Assembly (NCBI RefSeq): GCF_001194135.2
Contig: NC_068981.1
Span: 125,633,189 to 125,667,971 of the forward strand
DNA length: 34,783 nucleotides
Direction of reading: 5' to 3'
Source of the DNA: Octopus bimaculoides
Taxonomy: Eukaryota
The notes beneath the pieces are model-generated. The model had not been told where the DNA came from and ran no database searches. It was given only the letters and a program-made list of their open reading frames with translations. Below, in pieces: positions 11,101-22,320 of the stretch. The translations under genes were made by a program, and so were the position numbers. Each line of letters starts with the position of its first letter. The stretch's first letter is position 1.

Positions 11101-11514
11101 TAAGGTCTTTTCTGAATAATTTTTTGTAGCTCCGACAGTGCTACAAAAATATACAGCAGTACTCGATACCCAGTGTTATTTGGTTTTCTGAACTGAAACA
11201 ACTGTAGTCTATTGAATGAAATTATGTAGTTTTTGTTCTGGAATATATTACACACATTCACATATGTGCATACACACATGTGCATACACACACACACGCA
11301 CCTGATTTCATGTATATCTTCAGCCAATCAAAATGTACATTAACTGGTCACAATATAAGCCAAAATTTCTGTCACAGTTAAAACAGTTATGGCATAACTT
11401 CACATCACTCCAAGTGACACTGCTTTTGAAAATCATGAAATTGTGAAACTAAGCTAAATTAATGTAAATAAATCTTCTTAAAGATTCCAAGTGCATTTTC
11501 AACAACATTTCTTT

Positions 11515-11533
11515 GTGTGTGCATGTATATATA

Positions 11534-11569
<36 letters not shown>

Positions 11570-11680
11570 TGTATGTATATATGTATATATGTATGTATAT
11601 ATGTATGTATATATTTATATACATATTTATCATATTTTATATATATATATATATATCACACACACACACACACACACACG
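11515..11680. repeat. (TA)n/(ATGT)n/(CA)n compound microsatellite
   Basis: Seen directly. Confidence 0.9.
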
Positions 11681-11899
11681 CAGAGTATTTAAATCCAAGC
11701 CATCTTATAGACTCAATTATACAACCTGCCTGACATTGCTAAAAGTGAGAAAGGACACTGGTCTTTGAGAAGACACAAAAAAGGACAAAAGGAAGGCAAA
11801 AGAAAAGTGTGAAATAAGTATAAAGAACAAGGAATATTAAGAGTTGAGTCCATTTCCACTAATAACGCAACAGTACATTATGTATATGTATTTATGAAC

Positions 11900-12035
11900 C
11901 AGCAGAATCCTTACTGTATTGGACAAAATGCTTTGCAGCATTTCTTCTGGCTTTATATGTTCTGAGTTGTGATACCACTTATGTTGACTTTGCCTTTCAG
12001 CCTTGATAAAGCAAGTACCACTTGAGCACTGGCGA
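11900..12035 (+). mobile_element. SINE family A, decayed
   Basis: GCAGAATCC...AAATGCTT...TTCTGAGTT...GTTGACTTTGCCTTTC. Confidence 0.6.
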
Positions 12036-14414
12036 AGTCCATCTAATGCCAGCATGGAAAATTTACATTAAAGGATGATGATGTTGATGCTGATATATAT
12101 TTATATTAGAAGAAAGATGCTATCTGCTTGTGATGTAAGTTTTTTTTTAAACTGAGAATCACAGGCTAATGCTGGAGCTCCTAAACACTGCTTAGAATAA
12201 CAACCAAATATCCTTCAGATAAGACTGTACCATCTTAAAAATAAAAACTTGAGAAGTCATAGGATAATGCAGTGTTCCGTAGACTATAATCTGAAAAGCC
12301 ATGGTGGTCATGGTCTAGATGCCTGTAATTACAAGGTCTGCTTGAATCAGAGCTAATCCAAGGTTCAACAACAGTATCAAAAACCATGCTCTTTTTGTCT
12401 CCACTACTATAATCTCTAATCATATGAACATATCAAATATTACCAGTTATTCCTTGAACCATAGATTTCTTCTCTCCTCATCTGTCCTACTGTGTCTGCA
12501 GATCCAAATACTTTACATAACTAATTATTCGTTTCATCCTTGTCACTTTCAAGAACTTCCATTCTATCTAAGTTCTCTGGATTTTTTTCTTATCTTCTGC
12601 AACTTTCCTTATGCAGTAATTCAATTTGAACATCAAAAGCTACGATATTTTTATCCATGAATTTCAGAGAGTTTGGAAGATCTATTGACACTGATGGCAT
12701 CTTCTCTTCAAAATATTAAAAAATAAAAAGACAAAAAACATAAACTTGCAATGGTTTCATTTACTTTTTTCTTTTCCTACAAAAAGATAATGAATTCATT
12801 GATCATTCATTAGTATTGATATCTAACTGATATAATATAAGTTAATATGCTAAGCACACTACTGAATATTGCGAATATTATCAGTTAAAGCAACGTTCTC
12901 TAAACAGAATGACACAGGGATGACATATTTACAACACAAAAACATAAAAGTCTTTGAAACTGAAATGTTTCTAAAGTCATTTATAATACCGATAATAGTT
13001 AAGCATTAGGATTATGTACATCCTCACTATCACCACCTACCTCACACACTCCGCAGTCGTCATCGTCCTCATCACCACTGCTGTCATTGTTGTCATCATC
13101 ATCATTATAATTTACCAGTGCCCCTATCATTGTTATTACTGTGACCACTCATAGATTCTCATTTGTCTCAGATCTCATAAAAGCACTAACATTAATAATT
13201 CTATAAATCTAATTCTCATGAGCTCCACATACCTTTGTTGTCAGTCAAACAATTGCCAATGTATTTAATCAGGTTGTGTATTGAATGTCAGAGACTTGTT
13301 CATTATGGAATATCTATAATTCTAGATATCACACAAATCTATATTAAGATTATCCAATCAATATCTTCAGTTCTCACTTATGGAAAGTTTTGAGAATAAT
13401 TCTATCAAATCCATTTTTGGCTGCTTTATTGAATGATCAAAGACATGCATATACTTGTATAGCTGTTATTACATGTAATTTTGTTAGTATTAACACTGCT
13501 CTGTTTATTGCAAAAAAAAGCACCAAAAAAAAGAAGAAAAAAGCTACAACAATGCAAAACAAAACATTTCTATACTCATATAATTTTCTTAATAGATCAT
13601 TTGATGTCCAGTAAGCAAGTTAAACATTTATCTCACTTTCATATTAAACAATGGCCCAGTGGTGGAGTGAATGACTTGATAACATCAAAGCATCAAAGAT
13701 TGTATCCCATCACGGTTGATTTAGCATGTTTCCTTTGTGGAGTGGTTTACAAAATAAATAAAATCAGTCATATTATATTGTTGAACAGTCAAATATACAC
13801 CTTCATTTAAAGATAAAAAAAACAAACTAACTCACTAATTCAGGATCATTGAGAAGTTAATTAATACTATGAGAACTAGTTTACTTCATTGTCTGATTCT
13901 GTTGCTAATCATGAAAGCAATGGAAATTTGCAATGCTCACTCTAACTCTTAGGATATTTGCTTTTTATTTATTTTATATTGTAATATATGAAAGATAGCA
14001 TTGTAAGGTACAGGTTTCCAACTGAGAGGATAATCACTGGTTCACTGGATTTCTAACATCATCAGATATGGGACTATGCAAAAAAGAATACATGCCAAGG
14101 GAGTGTACAGCAAGGGAGTGTATGGCAAGAATCAAGTCTGAAGTTTGAGGATATCAAGTAAATTCTCTGGTTTTAGGATGCCTTCCTCCCTGCTCTTACT
14201 AGTCTAAGGAGCCCTGTAAAAGGCCTTGGGTACTGCTCTTCCCTCCTGACTGAGTGATAAAAAACGATAGCCAGATAACTTTCTGTGAGGTGGGATGTGG
14301 CCCAGAATCAGTGTGTGTGTGTGTGTGCATGTGCACACGTGCGTGTGAGTGTATGTCTTGCAGGAGTGTATGTCTTGCAGGAGTGTAGTCTTAGATATGT
14401 GAGCAGTACCTTAA

Positions 14415-14630
14415 CCCTTTCGTTACTGTATTTATTTTGAGATGCTCTGTGTTTCTTTCAATTACTTTAGATATAAAAAAAGGATTTAGTAAAATAACTT
14501 AATCATTCAGCTAGTGTTAGGAACATAAATTGTGACTAGAGTTTGGTGGAAGATTTTAATTCAAAACTTATGAAAACAAGACATTTGTACTCAGATAGAG
14601 CTGGTTTCAGCCGGGTTGGTAAGGAAAGGG
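14415..14630. mobile_element. 216-bp piggyBac-type MITE
   Basis: TTAA|CCCTTTCGTTAC ... GTAAGGAAAGGG|TTAA gives 11/12 matching TIRs starting CCC, a TTAA target duplication (14411-14414 and 14631-14634) and no coding capacity. Confidence 0.8.
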
Positions 14631-15304
14631 TTAATGTAATTACTAATTTCAAGAAGCATCTGTAACTCAGTGCAAAGAACTTCATTTGAAGAGAATCAAC
14701 TTTTCAGAAACACACACACATTTAATGTGTATGTGCATGCATACATGTATAGATGTATGCAGACATGTATGTATGGATGGATGGATGCATGCATGCATGT
14801 ATGATACAATGAACTTCCTCACAGTTTTCTGTCTACTAGATTTGATAGCTATTTCCAACAGGATGGTTGACTATGTAAAAGCTTTCTCTTTACCTCATTC
14901 TTTGTAGCTAATGCTCTCAAGTGAACTACCAGCTGTTCTCAACAGACAAATTAACTATATTAATGTATAATAAAATGTTTTAACCTAAAAAAAAAAAAAA
15001 ATCAGTGAATGACTACAGTTAAATTTCAATGCATAATCTATGGCAAATTAGTTTAATTCTTTGCCCAAAAAGCCATCTTACCTCTCCATATTTTAACAAA
15101 CAGGAAAGAAACATTTTGTAAAGTTTGTCTTTTAAACAATTTCTTTTGACTAGTTCACTAGGTTTTAGTAATTTTATTTTTAATTTTTGGAAGAAAGAGT
15201 ATAACCAGTTAATTAATCTTTGATATCTCACTGGTATTTATTTAATCAGCTCCCAGCTGATGCAAAGCAGAATTGATCATGTATGGATCTGAAATCAGAA
15301 TAAT

Positions 15305-15835
15305 ATGAGTATCAGTTATCTGTTCCTCAACACACCGGGCAGTAAGCTAACGCCACTGGCTTCTGTTGGCTGCAGTCTTCTCTACATCCACCCACGTAAT
15401 ACTGACCTCTCTCATGTTGGCAGTGAATGTTCTGTGCCATGTAGTTTTCAATCTACTTCTCTTTCTTTTTCCCTTTATTGGTGTTCATTTGAAAGATGTT
15501 TTAGAATGGCATTGTTCTGGCAACTGAAATATATGATCTGCTAGTTTCAGTCTAAGTTCCATGTTCACTTCACTAAGTGGTCTTGTGTTGGGTCTCTTAA
15601 GAACATCTCCACTGGTTACTGGTCTTGGTACTATGTTCTCCAAATCTCTCTTAAGGATCTTTGATGGAAAACATCTAGCTTTCTGGGTTTTTTTTTGTTT
15701 TTCATGGTACTCATCTGTGTCACACTAGTAAAGAAAAATGTTGGTAGAACCATGCTCTGATAGAGCTGGATGTTTGCGTAAGCTGATGGTATTGGAAGAT
15801 CAGATGGTACTCATTTTCTGGAACAGTAAGGTATA
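15305..15835 (-). mobile_element. RTE-clade LINE 3' remnant (post-RT C-terminus)
   Basis: The minus strand reads ...RKLDVFHQRSLR.....RLKLADHIFQLPEQ...TPIKGKRKRSRLKTTWHRTFTANMREVSITWVDVEKTAANRSQWR*, the typical RTE GKRxRGRPxxTW ... AxxRxxWR tail, with stops and frameshifts. Confidence 0.85.
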
Positions 15836-16989
15836 CTAATTAAAGTCCTGCAAAACATCTTTCTGATATTCTGCTGATTAGCTAATAACCCTTCACCATC
15901 ACTTTAATCTTCTAATAGATGCAAAGTCTGAATTTTTTTTTTTTCAGAAGGGAGAAGGAAGCAGTACCATTTAAACCTTGCTTGACGAAAATTGTGTGGC
16001 AGAGTCAGCTTTGCAGAAGCTTGCTTGACTCATAAGGGTCACTACAACCACTATAATGATTATGCCAGAACAATAATAAATTCAATGATGAGGATGATAC
16101 TTATAGCAATGGTGGTTGTAATAATTATTTATGCTGTCAAGGCACAGAGCCAATTTCTTGTATGGAATAACTATATTTAATTAATCAGCTACAGTATGAT
16201 ACTAGCACTAATTTTTATTAACCCCAAGCAGATAAATGGCAATACTTGACCCTCCAGAGATTTGAGCACAGAATGTTGAGGGCTGAAATTAAATACCCTC
16301 TATTTCTATCAGATGTTGCCCTTCATGACTTCAAGGATGAAGGTGATGGTGGTGATGGTGGTGGTGGTGGAAGTGAAATGACAATGAGTAATAAGGTTTT
16401 CTTTTTACCTTGGCAGAAGGTCAAATATTTGTAGGAAGGGCTCTAAATCATTTGTATTAATAGCAAATACATGCCTGGAATTAATTTTATCAAACCCAGA
16501 GGGACAAAAGGTAAAATCAGCTTCAGATCGATATAAACACTGAATGCAAAGGGTTGAAATTAAATATTGATACCTTATAACATTAAAATTGTTGTTGTAA
16601 TAATGATGATATTATCATCATAGAATAACACCAAACCTATCAAATTTAAAGAGTTATATAGTATTACAGAATCATGTAATTCCTCATAAACAAAATGTAA
16701 TAACAAATACAGAGAAACTGTGAAATGCAGCTTTATCAGATGTCAAAACACTGCCAACATTTATGCAGATTAACTTTCTGCTTTCACTTGTATACTCTTA
16801 TTTATTCAACAGCATGCAAGTTCGTTTTTGTACTCTACTGGCTTCTATATTATACTAAAATACAACGCTTTTGCAATCACTAATGTCATTTTACAATTAA
16901 TTCTGGAATATTCTGCTTGAGTTCACTTGAATAGTTAATTTCTGGAGTGTATGTGTGTGTGTAGACTTATACACACGCACACACACATA

Positions 16990-17175
16990 TATATATATAC
17001 ATATAGACAATGGGCATCTTTCAGTTTCTGTCTGCATAATTCACTTACAAGACTTTGGTTGTCCTGTGGCTATAGCAGGAAACACTTGCCCAAGCTGTCA
17101 CACAGTGGGACTGAACTCAAGGCCACGTGGTTGGGAAGCAAGCTTCTTAACCACACAGCAATGCCTGTGCATGTA
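16990..17175 (-). mobile_element. SINE family B, 5' half
   Basis: This is the reverse complement of the family-B head (GCTGTGTGGTTAAGAAGCTTGCTTCCCAACCAC...GAGTTCAGTCCCAC). Confidence 0.7.
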
Positions 17176-18360
17176 TGCTTTTGTTCTTTTTATAGGAACA
17201 AAACTATTTGATCAATTTAACATGAATATTATGCCGGTGTTTGTCTTATTGATCTGAAACGAATAAAGGTACAAAGATGATAGCAATAGCATTAAAACTC
17301 AGGTTGGTGATTTGTAGCTTTAATTTCACATAAAACACTAGGATAGTTTTCTCAAGGTTTTTATTTTAATTTTTTAATTTTTAGTGGTTTGGTGCGGGGC
17401 AAGAGCTGTACCCTTGACATTTGTTGTACATATCAACCCATGAAATCAATGCTTATCTGGAATATCTTTGAGAAAAGAATGAGAAGGGAAGTAATTCATG
17501 TGGAGATGATATTCTTGGGATAAAGAAAAGCAAAATGTAACACTTGTGCATATGATACACATAAAAGGTGGAATGAGAAACTGAGTCAAAATTGTCAATA
17601 AACCAATGAAATAGATAGCTTAAAATATCAAATTCCAAGGAAACTGGTGATGGTGTACAGTGGTAATAATTGGTTAATAAGAGGCTTGATAATTTCCCTT
17701 GTTGTGAGTGTAAAATCGAATGTGATGGTAACATGAATTAGAGACAAAAACAATAAATAAATAAAATGCAAATTTTACTTACTGCAACCCAAATGGCAAC
17801 ACCACTTATTTTTCATTTTCATTTTTTTCTTTTAGTCAACAATGAAGCTTCTGGTAGAAATAGCAGCAAAATTTCCATATCTTATGAATAATATATAGGA
17901 CAATGATACAGTTCTAGATATACGAACCTGGAAAAAATAAAAACCAAATAAATAAACAGGTTAATCATGACAAGAATACATTTGGTCACTAGTTTGCTAA
18001 ATCAAAGCAGATCTGAGGGCTGAACAGCAACAAATCTTTTTCCAGTTTTCCTCAAGGCCTTGAACATTCTGTTATTCTACACAACTCATGCAAAATAAAC
18101 TTCTCAAACTCTGTTATTTATGAAATAGTTATTTGTTCATAAAACTGAAACCGTAAAAGAAACCAAATTGAAATTTGAAAAAGAAACTTTCAAAGAAATA
18201 GAAATTAAACAAATTCCCTCCATCAGTTACCATATATTGAATATCTTGCTTCGCTGGACATTGACACACTAAAGTTTCTACATTTAGCAATTGATTATCC
18301 ACCATCATTCCCATGACAACTTTTGTCACCTTTTTGCAATTAATATCACAACTATCCAAA

Positions 18361-18470
18361 GGTGGTGAGCTGGCAGATTCATTAGCGCACTGAACAAAAT
18401 ACTTTACATCCACCTTTGCATTCCGAGTTTAAATTCTGTCAAGATCTGTTTTGCCTTTCATCCTTTTGAA
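18361..18470 (+). mobile_element. SINE family A, 5' part
   Basis: GGTGGTGAGCTGGCAGATTCATTAGCGCAC...GAGTTTAAATTC...TTTGCCTTTCATCC. Confidence 0.7.
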
Positions 18471-18504
18471 TCAGTCAATTCTGTTGACTTAGCACTACAA
18501 TGAA

Positions 18505-19218
18505 AGGACCTCACCATTGTCCACTGTCATGAAAAATGACTGCATTTAAAATGAAGCTCCAATTGTGGCATTCTAAATTGGAATGTGAGAATTTTGCACC
18601 ATTTCCAAACCTCAATACTTTCCTTGATAAAGATGGCCTTCGAGTTGATGTTGACATCCTTGACATAATGAAACAGCATGTCTTAATTCTTCATGCTGAA
18701 ATTCAAAGATACTTCTCCATTCTACAAAACTCTGCAATATCTGCTGTTGACCTTCCATCAGAAGATTACATCATTCAAGAACAGTTCATCAACTTGCTGA
18801 ATGATGGAGGTGCAAAAAACGCCTTCCGTAACATGTTGCAGTGAATTCTAGATTGAAATGATGCAGTCCTATCCAGATGTTGCCAAATTGGCCCTCAAGT
18901 TCATCGTTCCATTTGCAACAACGTATGAATGTGAGATGGCTTTTGCAACTTTACTCGCAATGAGCTGGATGTTGCGCATGACATGAAGGTTGCATTATCA
19001 AAAATGCAGCCTAATATTGAAGATGTACTACAGACCAAACAAATTCACCCCTCTCATTGAAATTTTTTATTTTATCTCATGAAAAATTATTTTATACAAG
19101 GTTATTTTGCTTTGTTTGTCTTCTCTGATTTTTTCATTTTGGGGCAGGGGTGGGGGTCAACAAAGCCTCAAAAAAAATGGGAGGGGGACGAAAATTTTTA
19201 AAAATTTAGGAACCAAGG
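18505..19218 (+). mobile_element. hAT (Buster/Charlie/SPIN-like) transposase C-terminal remnant with 3' end
   Basis: It reads MTAFKMKLQLW...FAPFPNL...IQEQFINLLND, then SYPDVAKLALKFIVPFATTYECEMAFATL...HDMKVALSKMQPNIE..QIHPSH* (dimerisation-domain motif PFxTTYxCExxF). A decayed TIR-like end AAAATTTAGGAACC lies near 19200-19215. Confidence 0.85.
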
Positions 19219-20785
19219 CTATAGTAGAAGATACTTGCCCAAGGTGCTATGCAGTGGGAATGAAACCAGAACCATGTAGTTGGAAAGCGAGCTTCTGCAC
19301 CTATAGAATTAAAAAAACAATGCAGTACCCAAATGGTTTTATATCATGCTCAGAATAGTAGCCGATTGTTGTAAGCTGTTAGGACACTGCATCCTTCAAA
19401 AATTCCATGCTTCTTGAATACTCACCAACATGTCTGACATGTCTATGCACCCTATCCTCTTTATGGATCTTATACGCTTCACTTTTGTCTTTGTGTTTTA
19501 TTCTGTCAACTCTGGATGCATTTTTGGCTTTCATTGCTGTCTTTGTTTACTTGACTTATTGCCACTCTCTGTCTTCCCTTTACCCTTTTTCAGTGAGTAC
19601 TGAATATAATTTATATCCTGAATAATTTTTGTTTTTTTAATTTTAAAAATATTACATAGTGATGAAACAAAATTTCCTAAAGAAATAAGTATGTGAGGAT
19701 ATCTAAGTGAAATTCATAACATTGAAAAAGAAACTCAAACAGTATTTTGAAAAATTACGAAATGAAATTATATTAATCTCAAATAGTAGAAAAGAAATTT
19801 GTACACATTAACTCTACAAAATTTTTTAAAGTTATATTCCCAACAAAACATCATATTCAAAGAATGTTTGTATTCCATGAACATATACATCTTCAACAAC
19901 AATTTGAATAGCTAAAAAACTTGTTTTGCTTTTGCTTTTTATTTTTGCTTGTTTGTTTTTGCAGGAAAATTTCAAGGCATCTTCTGTTCATATGCTATCT
20001 ATCTGTCTCTCTCCTACACACACACACACATATACACATACACATATTCCTTTATTTTTTTTACTAAATCAGCTTCTTGAATCTGCCTTATTGCATTAAG
20101 TCTCTAACATAATGCTGTTCTTAACAAAACCACTTCCCCCACACCTAAAAAAAGCCCCACAGATGAAAACGTTATTTTGTGAATACAAGTAAATTTTAAT
20201 CATTTCTAAAAAGCACATATGGAAATTAACAAGCAATTTTCAGAAAAGTATGAAAAGCCAATATTTTCCCCAGTACATTATTATATATGAACCAAAGAAA
20301 AAGAAGAGAAAGTATATTGGAAACTAACATGAATACTAGTACAATAAATAAATAAATAAAATGCATCCAATTGTACATTATATGCAATTATTAATTAATA
20401 CACAAACAAAAAAGAATTTTAAAACCTGTCTGTTGGTACAAGTGCAGATGTTGGTTCAGAAGTTCATTTTGCAGGAATATGGCTTTGGATTCAGTCCCAC
20501 TGTGGTATCCTGGGCATGTGTCTTTTGCTATAGCCCTAGCCCAACTTGTGGGTGAATTTGGTAGGTGGAAACTGTGTTGCAGTCAGTCATATATATATAT
20601 ATATATATAGAAAACAAAGTTATCTTATTCCACATGGGAAGAAATACAGAAAAAATAGAAGTTGAAAATGCACTGAGAATAGTTAAATTTTTTTATTATA
20701 TTTAAAGATTTTTCATATGTATGCAAAAAAAATCTTTTAATATAATAAAGAATTTTAAACTATTTTAAATTTTAAGTGTATTTTC

Positions 20786-21077
20786 NNNNNNNNNNNNNNN
20801 NNNNNNNNNNNNNNNNNNNNNNNNNNNNNNNNNNNNNNNNNNNNNNNNNNNNNNNNNNNNNNNNNNNNNNNNNNNNNNNNNNNNNNNNNNNNNNNNNNNN
20901 NNNNNNNNNNNNNNNNNNNNNNNNNNNNNNNNNNNNNNNNNNNNNNNNNNNNNNNNNNNNNNNNNNNNNNNNNNNNNNNNNNNNNNNNNNNNNNNNNNNN
21001 NNNNNNNNNNNNNNNNNNNNNNNNNNNNNNNNNNNNNNNNNNNNNNNNNNNNNNNNNNNNNNNNNNNNNNNNNNNNN
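20786..21077. other. Assembly gap
   Basis: N run. Confidence 1.
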
Positions 21078-21094
21078 TATATATATATATAAAT

Positions 21095-21270
21095 GTGTGT
21101 GTGTGTGTGTTTGTTCATATCCCCGTAACTTAGAGGTTTGGCAAAAGAGACCGACAGAATAAGTATAAGACTTTAAAAAAAAAAATAGGTACATGGGTTG
21201 ATTTGTTCAGCTAAACCTTTGAAGGCAGTGCCTCAACTTAACCACAGTCCAATGATTGAAACAAAAGGTA
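21095..21270 (+). mobile_element. SINE family B, 3' half
   Basis: (GT)n is followed by CCCCGTAACTTAGAGGTTTGGCAAAAGAGACCGACAGAATAAGTA...GATTGAAACAAAAGG. Confidence 0.75.
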
Positions 21271-21910
21271 AATGATATAATATAGAAAATAAGAATGAAG
21301 CAGAAATAAAATATCTGTCTTACTTATTCCGTATATCTTAAAAATTAAGATGTCCTCATTTCTCAACTTAAATTGTATTTTGGTAGGGAATAACAATGCA
21401 ACTTTGAGGAACAAGAATAGATCTACAGATAAAAAAAAAATGTCAGTCTTTTCTTAAGGTCAGAAATAGAATGAGCTTCAAGACCTGAAGAGAGAAGTGA
21501 GTTAAAGATAGGAATATAGCCAGAAAAAAAGTGCTGTATTTTGTTAATTCTTGTTACAAATCAATGGAAGAGGTGATTGGTACATTGATTTGGTCTACAG
21601 AAATAGTGTAAAAGTTAGAGGAAAAATGTGACAGCATGTTGTTCATCATTTTATGCATGAAAACTAAATAAATTCAGGAGGCTGCAATTTGAGTGAATCA
21701 AATGTTTAAGCTATGAGAGATTACACATCCCAGATATTCAATGTGTGAACTGTTTTTGAATCTGTTCATTTTTATTGACATCTTGAATATACAAAGTGAT
21801 CCAGAAATCCTTTTAGCATTTAAATAAAATAGAAATTACTTATACGTCATTTTGTTACAATCTCTTTTTTTTTTTTAATATATTTCTTAATATTTATTTT
21901 GCTATTTAAA

Positions 21911-22320
21911 GCAACGAGCTGGCAGAAACGTCAGCATGTAGGGCGAAATGCTTCATGGTATTTCATGTCTTTACGTTCTGAGTACAAATTTTGCCGAGGT
22001 CAACTTTGCCTTTCATCTTTTTGGGGTTGATAAATTAAGTACTAGTTGTGTACTGGGGACGATCTAATTGACTGGCCCCCTCCCCCAAAATTGCAGATCT
22101 TGTGCCTAGAATAGAAAAGAATTGTTAGCACAGCAGGCAAAATGCTTAGTGGTATTATGTCCGTTTTTACATTCAGAGTTCAAATTCTGCGAAGGCTGAC
22201 TCTACTTTTCATCCTTTAGGAGTCAGTAAAATAAATACCAGTTGTTCACTGGGATCAATGTAATCAACTGACCCCTTTCCTTGAAATTGCTGGCCTTGTG
22301 CCAAAATGTGAAACCAATAT
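21911..22320 (+). mobile_element. Head-to-tail dimer of SINE family A
   Basis: Two consecutive copies (about 21911-22118 and 22120-22320) each carry a B-box-like motif and the shared body, but have different tails. Confidence 0.75.

Noticed and set aside
13869-13952. Second signal-peptide-like mini-ORF, MRTSLLHCLILLLIMKAMEICNAHSNS*
   Set aside because: It stops without a usable donor, leaving no mature peptide; likely chance.
19407-19625. 72-aa hydrophobic plus-strand ORF with a donor-like TCA|GTGAGT
   Set aside because: The hydrophobicity follows from the pyrimidine-rich strand, there is no recognisable family, and the purine-rich opposite strand is the better exon candidate.
21459-21496. 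Plus-strand exon-like unit with good acceptor and donor
   Set aside because: It has stops in all three frames and no supporting context, which shows that such sites arise by chance here.
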